Part shown: positions 1-13,850 of the stretch, in pieces
Layout: every line of letters starts with the position of its first letter
How positions within the stretch are numbered: position 1 is the stretch's first letter
Source of the DNA: Eledone cirrhosa
Taxonomy: Eukaryota
Reading direction: 5' to 3'
DNA length: 64,000 bases
NCBI GenBank assembly: GCA_964016885.1
Contig: OZ024756.1
Location: 8,370,001-8,434,000 of the forward strand
Program-made: the position numbers and the translations under genes
The notes under the pieces: model-generated
Database searches by the model: none
What the model was told of the DNA's origin: nothing
What the model saw: only the letters and a program-made list of their open reading frames with translations

Positions 1-70
1 GGTCGATAAAATAAAGTACTAGTAATGCACTGGGTAATTGCTGGCCTTGTGCCAAAAAGTAGAAACAATT
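1..70 (+). mobile_element. SINE-like element, 3' part (cut by window edge)
   Basis: GGTCGATAAAATAAAGTAC-AGTAATGCACTGGGTAATTGCTGGCCTTGTGCC...AGTAGAAACAATTA is nearly identical to 746-816, 13483-13553 and 15154-15223. Confidence 0.8.
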
Positions 71-85
71 ATTTCTATATCCAGT

Positions 86-615
86 TGCCATGCTCATGTG
101 TTTCATTTTTGGCATAGTTTCTACAACTGGATGCTCTTCCTAACGTCAACCACTTTACAGAGCGTACTGGGTGTATTTTATCGTGGTACCAGCACCACCA
201 CTTTACAAAGTGCACTGAGTGTGTCCTTTCGTGGCACCAGCACCATTCTATCATGGCACTACCATTTTACAGAGTGTATTGAGTACTTGTTATCATGGCA
301 CTAGCGATACCACTTTACAGAGCAGACTGAGTGCATTTTATCATGGCACTAACACTACCACTTTACAGAGCGTACTGAGTGTGTTTTATCATGGCACTAA
401 CACTACCACTTTACAGAGCGTACTGAGTGTGTTTTATCATGGCACTAACACTACCACTTTACAGAGCGTACTGGGTGTGTTTTATCATGGCACTAACACT
501 ACCACTTTACAGAACATACTGGGTGTGTTTTATCATGGCAACAGCACTAAATGGTTTCAGTTTGCTTACTTTCCCTTTACAGAGTGTATTGAGTACTTGT
601 TACATGGCACCGGCA
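86..615 (+). repeat. 48-bp minisatellite (~9 copies) grown from a dispersed repeat
   Basis: Unit CCACTTTACAGAGCGTACTGAGTGTGTTTTATCATGGCACTAACACTA recurs at 310, 358, 406, 454 and 502, with degenerate copies around. It is preceded by the head TTTCTACAACTGGATGCTCTTCCTAACGTCAAC, also seen at ~19449. Confidence 0.9.
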
Positions 616-691
616 TTAGTGAGCTTGCCTTAGAACTTATATACGGCAAGGGTCGTAACTCTGTGTGTCAAAGCATATCTGTTACGTCCCT

Positions 692-816
692 TTACGATCT
701 GAGTTCAAATCCCGCCGAGGTTGACTTTGCTTTTCATCCTTACGGGGTCGATAAAATAAAGTACCAGTAATGCACTGGGTAATTGCTGGCCTTGTGCCTA
801 AAGTAGAAACAATTAT
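692..816 (+). mobile_element. tRNA-derived SINE copy (Pol III B-box plus conserved body)
   Basis: B-box-like GAGTTCAAATCC at 701-712, then GCCGAGGTTGACTTTGC-TTTCATCCT...GGTCGATAAAATAAAGTACCAG. Several homologous copies occur in the window. Confidence 0.8.
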
Positions 817-1309
817 TTAAATTAAAACCTTTCCTGATTATTTAATTAATCCTTTTGATCCTCACCCTACAAAGACCGTCACCAATGCCATGAAATAAAA
901 CTTTTCATTTTAAACTATTATTATCTAAATCAGAGATTCTCAAAGTGGGTGGTAGACTTTGATGTTATTTATTTTGAGAACAATACCTTAACATCAGTAT
1001 GAGTGGCTAGTTACAGCCAGTTTGAACAAAAAGAGATGAGAGGATTCTGGCTGGATACAACTGGTTTAAATACTAAAGGGTTAAATATATGTAAAATTAA
1101 ATATGGCAATGATCAGAGTGGTAAGAGGAAAGTCAAAGAAAATCAAAGATTCAAGCATCATTAAATCTGGCTCGATGGGACTGGGGTCATCCTAGGACAG
1201 CGACCCCAATCATTGTGCTTAGAGACCAACAGTGACCCGTAACACATCGGCTTGCCACCAAAATGGCAGCTCCAACATCTGACTATTCTGTGGAGCGCCA
1301 ACAACCTGG

Positions 1310-1400
1310 CCAGAAGAACCCTCAACCTGTTCTGAAACCAACCACAAGAACCCTCAACTTGTTCTGAAACCAACCAGAAGTACCCTGACACCTGTCTGCT
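1310..1400. repeat. short 32-bp tandem repeat (~2.7 copies)
   Basis: AAGAACCCTCAAC(C/T)TGTTCTGAAACCAACC at 1314 and 1346, with a third degenerate copy following. Confidence 0.85.
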
Positions 1401-1496
1401 CCCTCCCACCAACACCGTCTTTACAATGTTCTAATTAATCAATTATTAAATCTGTAATTAAAAACAGAAAATGTTTAAAAGAGAAATGTTGTTTAC

Positions 1497-1658
1497 TTGA
1501 AGCAGAATCGAGTCCAGCAGAGGGCCGGTATAACCCAGGGAAATCTTTGTCATGGCCATCTGTGCTTTCATAACTCATGATGGTGGCAGTTGGTGGCAGT
1601 GGAGGTAGATCCTTTAGGTCTTGAAGAGTGAAACCCTTCTTTCTACAAGCAGCTTCTC
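1497..1658 (-). CDS. probable internal or near-terminal coding exon of an unidentified gene (xEAACRKKGFTLQDLKDLPPLPPTATIMSYESTDGHDKDFPGLYRPSAGLDSAS)
   Basis: Minus-strand acceptor TTTCTATTTTTCAG|G at 1659/1658 and donor CAA|GTAAAC at 1497/1496. The exon is 162 nt, phase 1-1, with one open frame and the other two stopped. GC is higher than in the flanks. Confidence 0.6.
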
Positions 1659-1934
1659 CTGAAAAATAGAAATTATTAAATTATTTTGAACTCTGAACTG
1701 TAGAAACATAACTAAATACTGTCAAATGTCCTGTTTGATGCTCAAATGATTCTTCTAATCTACCTACCTTTTTATTTTCTCAATAAGTAAGGAATATATC
1801 AGCTAAATACAGTTTAATAGAAAAAGAAAAAAATGATTGAGAAGGAAGAATGGAATGTAAAATATAAAGAAAACCAGAAAAAGGAGGGAATGGCAAGGAC
1901 TCTAGTGTCACAGGAGAATTATTTGGTCCTGGGC

Positions 1935-4900
1935 CTACATACATCTAGGACCACATACAACACACCAGCAGGCAATACATACATCTAGGACCACATACAA
2001 CACACCAGCAGGTAATACACACATCTAGGACCACATACAACACACCAGCAGGTAATACACACATCTAGGAACACATACAACACATAAGCAGGTAATACAT
2101 ACATATACGACCACATATAACACACCAGCAGGTAATATACACATCTAGGACCACATACAAGACACAAGCAGGTAATACATACATCTAGAAACACATACAA
2201 CACATAAGCAGGTAATACACACATATAGGACCACATATAACACACCAGCAGGTAATACACACATCTAGGACCACATACAATACACAAGCTGGTAATACAC
2301 ACATCTACGGCCACATTACAACACACCAGCAGGTAATACATACATCTAGGACCACATACAACACACAAGTAGGTAATACACACATCTAGGACCACATACA
2401 GTACACAAGCAGGTAATACATATATCTAGGACCACATACAACACACAAGCAGGTAATACACACATCTAGGACTACATATTACACACCAGCAGGTAATACA
2501 CACATCTAGGACCACATACAACACACCAGCAGGTAATACATACACCTAGGACCACATACAACACACCAGCAGGTAATACACATATCTATGACCACATACA
2601 ACACACAAGCAGGTAATACACACATATAGGACCACATACAACACACCAGCAGGTAATACACATATCTATGACCACATACAACACACAAGCAGGTAATACA
2701 TACATCTAGGACCACATACAACACACAAGCAGGTAATACACACATCTAGGACCACATACAACACACAAGCAGGTAATACATACATCTAGGACCACATACA
2801 ACACAGAAGCAGGTAATACACACATCTACGACCACATATAACACACAAGTAGGTAATACAAACATCTAGGACGACATACAATACACAAGTAGGTAATACA
2901 CACATCTAGGACCACATACAATACACAAGCAGGTAATACACACATGTAGGGCCACATTACAACATACAAGCAGGCAATACATACATCTAGGACCATATAC
3001 AACATACAAGCAGGTACAACATACATCTAGGGCCACATACAATACACCAGCAGGTAATACACACATCTAGGACCACATAATTCACAAGCAGGTAATACAC
3101 ACATGTAGAGCCACATTACAACACACAAGCAGGTAATACATACATCTAGGACCACATACAACACACCAGCAGGTAATACACACATCTAGGATCACATACA
3201 ACACACCAGCAGGTAATACATACATCTAGGACCACATACAACACACAAGCAGGTAATACATACATCTAGGACCACATACATCACACAAGCAGGTAATACA
3301 CACATCTAGGACCACATATTACACACAAGCAGGTAATACACACATCTAGTACCACATACAACACACAAGCAGGTAATACATACATCTAGGACCACATACA
3401 ACACACCAGCAGGTAATACACACATCTAAGATCACATACAACACACCAGCAGGTAATACATACATCTAGGACCACATACAAAACACAAGCAGGTAATACA
3501 CACATCTAGGACCACATATTACACACAAGCAGGTAATACACACATCTAGTACCACATACAACACACAAGCAGGTAATACATACATCTAGGACCACATACA
3601 ACACACCAGCAGGTAATACACACATCTAGGGCCACATACAACACACAAGCAGGTAATACACACATCTAGGGCCACATACAACACACAAGCAGGTAATACA
3701 TACATCTAGGACCACATACAACACACCAGCAGGTAATACATACATCTAGGACTACATACAACACACAAGCAGGTAATACATACATCTAGGACCACATACC
3801 ACACACCAGCAGGTAATACATACATCTAGGACCACATACAACACACAAGCAGGTAATACATACATCTAGGACCACATACCACACACCAGCAGGTAATACA
3901 TACATCTAGGACCACATACAACACACCAGCAAGTAATACATACACCTAGGACCACATACAACACACAAGCAGGTAATACATACATCTAGGACCACATATA
4001 ACACACCAGCAGGTGATACATACACCTAGGACCACATACAACACACAAGCAGGTAATACATACATCTAGGACCACATACAACACACCAGCAGGTAATACA
4101 TACACCTAGGACCACATACAACACACAAGCAGGTAATACATACATCTAGGACCACATTCAAGACACAAGCAGGTAATACACACATCTAGGACCAAATACA
4201 ACACACCAGCAAGTAATACATACATCTAGGACCACATACAACACACAAGCAGGTAATACATACATCTAGGACCACATACAACACACCAGCAAGTAATACA
4301 CACATCTAGGACCACATACAACACACAAGCAGGTAATACATACACCTAGGACCACATACAACACACAAGCAGGTAATACATACACCTAGGACCACATACA
4401 ACACACCAGCAAGTAATACATACACCTAGGACCACATACAACACACCAGCAGTTAGTACATACATCTAGGACCACATACAACACACAAGCAGGTAATACA
4501 TACACCTAGGACCACATACAACACACAAGCAGGTAATACATACATCTAGGACCACATACAACACACCAGCAAGTAATACATACACCTAGGACCACATACA
4601 ACACACCAGCAAGTAATACATACACCTAGGACCACATACAACACACCAGCAGGTAATACATACATCTAGGACCACATACAACACACCAGCAAGTAATACA
4701 TACACCTAGGACCACATACCACACACAAGCAGGTAATATATACATCTAGGGCCACATACAACACACAAGTAGGTAATACACACATCTAGGACCACATACA
4801 ACACACCAGCAAGTAATACACACCTCTAGGACCACATACAACACACAAGCAGGTAATACACACATCTAGGACCACATACAACACACCAGCAAGTAATACA

Positions 4901-7900
4901 TACACCTAGGACCACATACCACACACAAGCAGGTAATACATACATCTAGGGCCACATACAACACACAAGTAGGTAATACACACATCTAGGACCACATACA
5001 ACACACCAGCAAGTAATACACACCTCTAGGACCACATACAACACACCAGCAGGTAATACATACATCTAGGACCACATACAACACACCAGCAAGTAATACA
5101 TACACCTAGGACCACATACCACACACAAGCAGGTAATACATACATTTAGGACCACATACAACACACAAGTAGGTAATACACACATCTAGGACCACATACA
5201 ACACACCAGCAAGTAATACACACCTCTAGGACCACATACAACACACCAGCAAGTAATACACACATCTAGGACCACATACAACACACCAGCAAGTAATACA
5301 CACCTCTAGGACCACATACAACACACCAGCAAGTAATACATACACCTAGGACCACATACCACACACAAGCAGGTAATACATACATCTAGGGCCACATACA
5401 ACACACAAGTAGGTAATACACACATCTAGGACCACATACAACACACCAGCAAGTAATACACACCTCTAGGACCACATACAACACACAAGCAGGTAATACA
5501 CACATCTAGGACCACATACAACACACCAGCAAGTAATACATACACCTAGGACCACATACCACACACAAGCAGGTAATACATACATCTAGGGCCACATACA
5601 ACACACAAGTAGGTAATACACACATCTAGGACCACATACAACACACCAGCAAGTAATACACACGTCTAGGACCACATACAACACACCAGCAGGTAATACA
5701 TACATCTAGGACCACACACAACACACCAGCAAGTAATACATACACCTATGACCACATACAACACACCAGCAAGTAATACATACATTTAGGACCACATACA
5801 ACACACCAGCAAGTAATACATACACCTAGGACCACATACCACACACCAGCAAGTAATACATACATTTAGCACCACATACAACACACCAGCAAGTAATACA
5901 TACACCTAGGACCACATACAACACACCAGCAAGTAATACATACATGTAGGACCACATACAACACACCAGCAAGTAATACATACACCTAGGACCACATACA
6001 ACACACCAGCAAGTAATACATACATTTAGGACCACATACAACACACCAGCAAGTAATACATACACCTAGGACCACATACAACACACCAGCAAGTAATACA
6101 TACATCTAGGATCACATACAACACACCAGCAAGTAATACATACACCTAGGACCACATACAACACACCAGCAAGTAATACATACATTTAGGACCACATACA
6201 ACACACCAGCAAGTAATACATACACCTAGGACCACATACCACACACAAGCAGGTAATACATACATTTAGGACCACATACAACACACAAGTAGGTAATACA
6301 CACATCTAGGACCACATACAACACACCAGCAAGTAATACACACCTCTAGGACCACATACAACACACCAGCAAGTAATACACACATCTAGGACCACATACA
6401 ACACACCAGCAAGTAATACACACCTCTAGGACCACATACAACACACCAGCAAGTAATACATACACCTAGGACCACATACAACACACCAGCAAGTAATACA
6501 CACCTCTAGGACCACATACAACACACCAGCAAGTAATACACACATCTAGGACCACATACAACACACAAGCAGGTAATACACACCTCTAGGACCACATACA
6601 ACACACCAGCAAGTAATACACACATCTAGGACCACATACAACACACAAGCAGGTAATACACACCTCTAGGACCACATACAACACACCAGCAAGTAATACA
6701 CACATCTAGGACCACATACAACACACCAGCAAGTAATACACACCTCTAGGACCACATACAACACACCAGCAAGTAATACATACATCTAGGACCACATACA
6801 ACACACCAGCAAGTAATACACACCTCTAGGACCACATACAACACACCAGCAAGTAATACACACCTCTAGGACCACATACAACACACCAGCAAGTAATACA
6901 CACCTCTAGGACCACATACAACACACCAGCAAGTAATACACACCTCTAGGACCACATACAACACACCAGCAAGTAATACACACCTCTAGGACCACATACA
7001 ACACACCAGCAAGTAATACACACATCTAGGACCACATACAACACACCAGCAAGTAATACACACATCTAGGACCACATACAACACACCAGCAAGTAATACA
7101 CACCTCTAGGACCACATACAACACACCAGCAAGTAATACACACCTCTAGGACCACATACAACACACCAGCAAGTAATACACACCTCTAGGACCACATACA
7201 ACACACCAGCAAGTAATACACACCTCTAGGACCACATACAACACACCAGCAAGTAATACACACCTCTAGGACCACATACAACACACCAGCAAGTAATACA
7301 CACCTCTAGGACCACATACAACACACCAGCAGGTAATACACACCTCTAGGACCACATACAACACACCAGCAAGTAATACACACCTCTAGGACCACATACA
7401 ACACACCAGCAAGTAATACACACCTCTAGGACCACATACAACACACCAGCAAGTAATACACACCTCTAGGACCACATACAACACACCAGCAAGTAATACA
7501 CACCTCTAGGACCACATACAACACACCAGCAGGTAATACACACCTCTAGGACCACATACAACACACCAGCAAGTAATACACACCTCTAGGACCACATACA
7601 ACACACCAGCAAGTAATACACACCTCTAGGACCACATACAACACACCAGCAGGTAATACACACCTCTAGGACCACATACAACACACCAGCAAGTAATACA
7701 CACCTCTAGGACCACATACAACACACCAGCAAGTAATACACACCTCTAGGACCACATACAACACACCAGCAAGTAATACACACCTCTAGGACCACATACA
7801 ACACACCAGCAAGTAATACACACCTCTAGGACCACATACAACACACCAGCAAGTAATACACACCTCTAGGACCACATACAACACACCAGCAAGTAATACA

Positions 7901-10900
7901 CACCTCTAGGACTACATACAACACACCAGCAAGTAATACACACCTCTAGGACCACATACAACACACCAGCAGGTAATACACACCTCTAGGACCACATACA
8001 ACACACCAGCAAGTAATACACACTTCTAGGACCACATACAACACACCAGCAAGTAATACACACATCTAGGACCACATACAACACACCAGCAGGTAATACA
8101 CACCTCTAGGACCACATACAACACACCAGCAGGTAATACACACCTCTAGGACCACATACAACACACCAGCAAGTAATACACACATCTAGGACCACATACA
8201 ACACACCAGCAAGTAATACACACCTCTAGGACCACATACAACACACCAGCAAGTAATACACACCTCTAGGACCACATACAACACACCAGCAAGTAATACA
8301 CACCTCTAGGACCACATACAACACACAAGCAGGTAATACATACATCTAGGACCACATACAACACACCAGCAAGTAATACACACATCTAGGAGGGCCACAT
8401 TACAACACACCAGCAAGTAATACACACCTCTAGGACCACATACAACACACCAGCAAGTAATACACACCTCTAGGACCACATACAACACACCAGCAAGTAA
8501 TACACACCTCTAGGACCACATACAACACACAAGCAGGTAATACATACACCTAGCAACACATACAACACACCAGCAGGTAATACACACATCTAGGAGGGCC
8601 ACATTACAACACACCAGCAGGTAATACACACCTCTAGGACCACATACAACACACCAGCAGGTAATACATACATCTAGGACCACATACAACACACCAGCAA
8701 GTAATACATACACCTAGGACCACATACCACACACAAGCAGGTAATACATACATTTAGGACCACATACAACACACAAGTAGGTAATACACACATCTAGGAC
8801 CACATACAACACACCAGCAAGTAATACACACCTCTAGGACCACATACAACACACCAGCAAGTAATACACACATCTAGGACCACATACAACACACCAGCAA
8901 GTAATACACACCTCTAGGACCACATACAACACACCAGCAAGTAATACATACACCTAGGACCACATACCACACACAAGCAGGTAATACATACATCTAGGGC
9001 CACATACAACACACAAGTAGGTAATACACACATCTAGGACCACATACAACACACCAGCAAGTAATACACACCTCTAGGACCACATACAACACACAAGCAG
9101 GTAATACACACATCTAGGACCACATACAACACACCAGCAAGTAATACATACACCTAGGACCACATACCACACACAAGCAGGTAATACATACATCTAGGGC
9201 CACATACAACACACAAGTAGGTAATACACACATCTAGGACCACATACAACACGCCAGCAAGTAATACACACGTCTAGGACCACATACAACACACCAGCAG
9301 GTAATACATACATCTAGGACCACATACAACACACCAGCAAGTAATACATACACCTAGGACCACATACAACACACCAGCAAGTAATACATACATTTAGGAC
9401 CACATACAACACACCAGCAAGAAATACATACACCTAGGACCACATACTACACACCAGCAAGTAATACATACATTTAGGACCACATACAACACACCAGCAA
9501 GTAATACATACACCTAGGACCACATACAACACACCAGCAAGTAATACATACATTTAGGACCACATACAACACACCAGCAAGTAATACATACACCTAGGAC
9601 CACATACAACACACCAGCAAGTAATACATACATTTAGGACCACATACAACACACCAGCAAGTAATACATACACCTAGGACCACATACAACACACCAGCAA
9701 GTAATACATACATCTAGGACCACATACAACACACCAGCAAGTAATACATACACCTAGGACCACATACAACACACCAGCAAGTAATACATACATTTAGGAC
9801 CACATACAACACACCAGCAAGTAATACATACACCTAGGACCACATACCACACACAAGCAGGTAATACATACATTTAGGACCACATACAACACACAAGTAG
9901 GTAATACACACATCTAGGACCACATACAACACACCAGCAAGTAATACACACCTCTAGGACCACATACAACACACCAGCAAGTAATACACACATCTAGGAC
10001 CACATACAACACACCAGCAAGTAATACACACCTCTAGGACCACATACAACACACCAGCAAGTAATACATACACCTAGGACCACATACAACACACCAGCAA
10101 GTAATACACACCTCTAGGACCACATACAACACACCAGCAAGTAATACACACATCTAGGACCACATACAACACACAAGCAGGTAATACACACCTCTAGGAC
10201 CACATACAACACACCAGCAAGTAATACACACATCTAGGACCACATACAACACACAAGCAGGTAATACACACCTCTAGGACCACATACAACACACCAGCAA
10301 GTAATACACACATCTAGGACCACATACAACACACAAGCAGGTAATACACACCTCTAGGACCACATACAACACACCAGCAAGTAATACACACATCTAGGAC
10401 CACATACAACACACCAGCAAGTAATACACACCTCTAGGACCACATACAACACACCAGCAAGTAATACATACATCTAGGACCACATACAACACACCAGCAA
10501 GTAATACACACCTCTAGGACCACATACAACACACCAGCAAGTAATACACACCTCTAGGACCACATACAACACACCAGCAAGTAATACACACCTCTAGGAC
10601 CACATACAACACACCAGCAAGTAATACACACATCTAGGACCACATACAACACACCAGCAAGTAATACACACCTCTAGGACCACATACAACACACCAGCAA
10701 GTAATACACACCTCTAGGACCACATACAACACACCAGCAAGTAATACACACCTCTAGGACCACATACAACACACCAGCAAGTAATACACACCTCTAGGAC
10801 CACATACAACACACCAGCAAGTAATACACACCTCTAGGACCACATACAACACACCAGCAAGTAATACACACCTCTAGGACCACATACAACACACCAGCAA

Positions 10901-12298
10901 GTAATACACACCTCTAGGACCACATACAACACACCAGCAGGTAATACACACCTCTAGGACCACATACAACACACCAGCAAGTAATACACACCTCTAGGAC
11001 CACATACAACACACCAGCAAGTAATACACACCTCTAGGACCACATACAACACACCAGCAAGTAATACACACCTCTAGGACCACATACAACACACCAGCAA
11101 GTAATACACACCTCTAGGACCACATACAACACACCAGCAAGTAATACACACCTCTAGGACCACATACAACACACCAGCAGGTAATACACACCTCTAGGAC
11201 CACATACAACACACCAGCAAGTAATACACACCTCTAGGACCACATACAACACACCAGCAAGTAATACACACCTCTAGGACCACATACAACACACCAGCAG
11301 GTAATACACACCTCTAGGACCACATACAACACACCAGCAAGTAATACACACCTCTAGGACCACATACAACACACCAGCAAGTAATACACACCTCTAGGAC
11401 CACATACAACACACCAGCAAGTAATACACACCTCTAGGACCACATACAACACACCAGCAAGTAATACACACCTCTAGGACCACATACAACACACCAGCAA
11501 GTAATACACACCTCTAGGACCACATACAACACACCAGCAAGTAATACACACCTCTAGGACCACATACAACACACCAGCAAGTAATACACACCTCTAGGAC
11601 CACATACAACACACCAGCAGGTAATACACACCTCTAGGACCACATACAACACACCAGCAAGTAATACACACCTCTAGGACCACATACAACACACCAGCAA
11701 GTAATACACACATCTAGGACCACATACAACACACCAGCAGGTAATACACACCTCTAGGACCACATACAACACACCAGCAGGTAATACACACCTCTAGGAC
11801 CACATACAACACACCAGCAAGTAATACACACATCTAGGACCACATACAACACACCAGCAAGTAATACACACCTCTAGGACCACATACAACACACCAGCAA
11901 GTAATACACACCTCTAGGACCACATACAACACACCAGCAAGTAATACACACCTCTAGGACCACATACAACACACAAGCAGGTAATACATACATCTAGGAC
12001 CACATACAACACACCAGCAAGTAATACACACATCTAGGAGGGCCACATTACAACACACCAGCAGGTAATACACACCTCTAGGACCACATACAACACACCA
12101 GCAAGTAATACACACCTCTAGGACCACATACAACACACCAGCAAGTAATACACACCTCTAGGACCACATACAACACACAAGCAGGTAATACATACACCTA
12201 GCAACACATACAACACACCAGCAGGTAATACACACATCTAGGAGGGCCACATTACAACACACCAGCAGGTAATACACACCTCTAGGACCACATACAAC
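1935..12298. repeat. 40-bp minisatellite array, ~259 copies
   Basis: Consensus CTAGGACCACATACAACACACCAGCA(A/G)GTAATACACAC(C/A)T with a strict 40-bp period, a few 41- and 44-bp variants, and strong A/C skew on the + strand. Confidence 0.98.
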
Positions 12299-12365
12299 AA
12301 AAGGCAGGTGAAAGGGGTGGACAAACGTACCGCTGCCAAAGTAAAAGATAACAATATTGCGATGA

Positions 12366-12421
12366 GCACTGGGAAACAACTCGTAATTGCTGGCCTTGTG
12401 CCAAAAAGTAGAAAAAATTAT
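12366..12421 (+). mobile_element. SINE 3' tail fragment
   Basis: GCACTGGG-(AAACAACTCG)-TAATTGCTGGCCTTGTGCCAAAAAGTAGAAA matches the tail at 27-70. Confidence 0.7.
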
Positions 12422-12566
12422 ATTTATAATGTTCCAAACAATAATTAATAGTATTTATTAATTGTGTTTATATTTTTATTCCGTAAGAATTATAAACAAT
12501 TGTAACGTTAATTATACACTGTGAATAAAACAGTCCCGGTTCTGTTGTGCTAGAGCGTATCATGTT

Positions 12567-12598
12567 TGATATAGAAATGGCTTCTACAACTAGAACTC
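12567..12598. mobile_element. fragment of fold-back family B
   Basis: ATATAGAAATGGCTTCTACA-ACTAGAACT matches 16510-16540 and abuts (TA)n. Confidence 0.65.
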
Positions 12599-12650
<52 letters not shown>

Positions 12651-12769
12651 TATATTTAAAATTGTTGGGTTACAACTAGTAAATATTTATAACTGATATA
12701 AAAGCACTCGACAAATACTTGGAGTATGTTTACAATATTAAATAAATGGAAAACTATATTTATAAAACC

Positions 12770-12843
12770 ATATTTATTTCATTATATATATTTCGGGGAT
12801 ATATTAACAATATGCTATGCCTTCATCAGACAAAATACAATAT
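12770..12843 (-). ncRNA. minimal type I hammerhead ribozyme motif (inverted copy)
   Basis: Reverse-complement copy of the motif at 12981-13057: CTGATGA at 12829-12823, GAAA at 12794-12791, same stems I and III. Confidence 0.7.
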
Positions 12844-12980
12844 AAACAGTTTTATAGATAAATATATTCGACATACCGTAATAAACATCAACATCAACAT
12901 CACTCTGCTAGAGTGAACCTCTTCAAATGATGTTGATGTTTATTACGGTATGTCGAATATATTTATCTATAAAACTGTTT

Positions 12981-13057
12981 ATATTGTATTTTGTCTGATG
13001 AAGGCATAGCATATTGTTAATATGATATCTCCGAAATATATATAATGAAATAAATAT
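12981..13057 (+). ncRNA. minimal type I hammerhead ribozyme motif
   Basis: Stem I 5' ATATTGTATTTTGT, CTGATGA (12995-13001), stem II AGG..CATATT/AATATG..CC, GAAA (13033-13036), short stem III with palindromic ATAT loop, AUA triplet (cut after 13044), stem I 3' ATGAAATAAATAT. Confidence 0.7.
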
Positions 13058-13277
13058 GGTTTTATAAATATAGTTTTCCATTTATTTAATATTGTATATA
13101 TATATATATATATATATACATATTTAGATAAGGAAAAGAAACTGAAAATGTAACTGGAGTCTTTTAAGAATATTATTTACTTGACCGGCTTCACAGTTTT
13201 AATGATTTTCAAAAGAAAAATCGAGATGGAGGGGTTGTGTTTCTGTTGAGGTTTGTTTCGCACTTAGTTGGGAGTTC

Positions 13278-13278
<1 letters not shown>

Positions 13279-13321
<43 letters not shown>

Positions 13322-13437
13322 AGTTGACGGGTCTAGCATGGGTTTTACTGTTAGTACCGGTTATATATATGTATATATATATATATATATAAAATAAATT
13401 GACGGGTCTAGCATGGATTTTACTGTTAGTACCGGTT
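13279..13437. repeat. tandem duplication of (TA)n plus a 47-bp unique segment
   Basis: AAAATAA(G/A)TTGACGGGTCTAGCATGG(G/A)TTTTACTGTTAGTACCGGTT at 13316 and 13391, each preceded by (TA)n. Confidence 0.9.
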
Positions 13438-13460
13438 GCATCTCAGCGCACTCAATAGGT

Positions 13461-13553
13461 ACTTTGCCTTTCATCCTTACGGGGTCGATAAAATAAAGTA
13501 CCAGTAATGCACTGGGTATTTGCTGGCCTTGTGTCTCAAGTAGAAACAATTAT
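13461..13553 (+). mobile_element. 5'-truncated SINE copy
   Basis: ACTTTGCCTTTCATCCTTACGGGGTCGATAAAATAAAGTACCAGTAATGCACTGGGTA...AGTAGAAACAATTA matches 724-816. Confidence 0.8.
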
Positions 13554-13669
13554 GTAAACTGCCAGAGTAGACACATAATTATTCGTTTCAATACACACAG
13601 TTCGGTGAAATATATATACACAGTTCAATTAATATACATACTGTATTTTTATATGCGTATCCTTATATA

Positions 13670-13850
13670 TACGAGAATATGTTGAAACATTCATAGGCTG
13701 ACTATTAAGCAGTGATGCTAGAGCTGTGAAATTTTGCATACATTAATTTCAACTCTTATTTATGACTGCATCGTTTCTTTCCAGGGACTATGTTGAAAAA
13801 TAACCCTCATTTGGTCAGACCATGAGAGAATCTTGGTCAGCCGAGCTTCA
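13670..13850. mobile_element. degenerate mariner-like MITE (second copy)
   Basis: Homologous along its length to 15899-16088 (TGAAACATTCATAGGCTGACTAT...GGGACTATGTTGAAAAATAA...CCATGAGAG.ATCTTGGTCAGCC). It starts TACGAG and the right TIR is eroded. Confidence 0.7.

Larger units (their letters stand above)
12647..13096. mobile_element. fold-back element family A: ~165-bp inverted arms (12731-13096) flanked by (TA)n; putative Penelope-like pseudo-LTR remnant
   Basis: 12731-~12896 is a near-perfect reverse complement of ~12928-13096. (TA)n lies at 12604-12646 and 13095-13118. Each arm carries a hammerhead motif. Confidence 0.75.

Noticed and set aside
701-712. tRNA gene suggested by the GTTCAAATCC T-loop motif
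   Set aside because: There is no cloverleaf; the motif belongs to the SINE head.
219-770. 183-aa ORF with 16-aa repeats (TTLQSVLSVFYHGTNT)
   Set aside because: It is the translation of the 48-bp minisatellite running into a SINE, with no independent sign of coding function.
1310-1400. Same 32-bp period and CCTCA(A)CCTGT motif as the large satellite
   Set aside because: The rest of the unit does not align, so this is likely coincidence.
1161-1415. 84-aa minus-strand ORF
   Set aside because: It has a GTG start, overlaps a tandem repeat, and is phase-incompatible with the upstream exon; it is more likely UTR or intron.
1985-12379. Cys/Val/Tyr-rich minus-strand ORFs
   Set aside because: These are chance openings in the 40-bp array where the TAG is mutated; the period is not a multiple of 3.
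12299-12382. Coding-looking 80-bp segment at the end of the 40-bp array
   Set aside because: It is too short to assign and has no splice or start context.
13170-13220. Minus-strand CTTTTGAA...GAAGCCGGTC, a possible decayed hammerhead
   Set aside because: Both core boxes deviate and the stems are unconvincing. The same applies to ATGATGT..GAAACTTCGTT at ~17500-17531.
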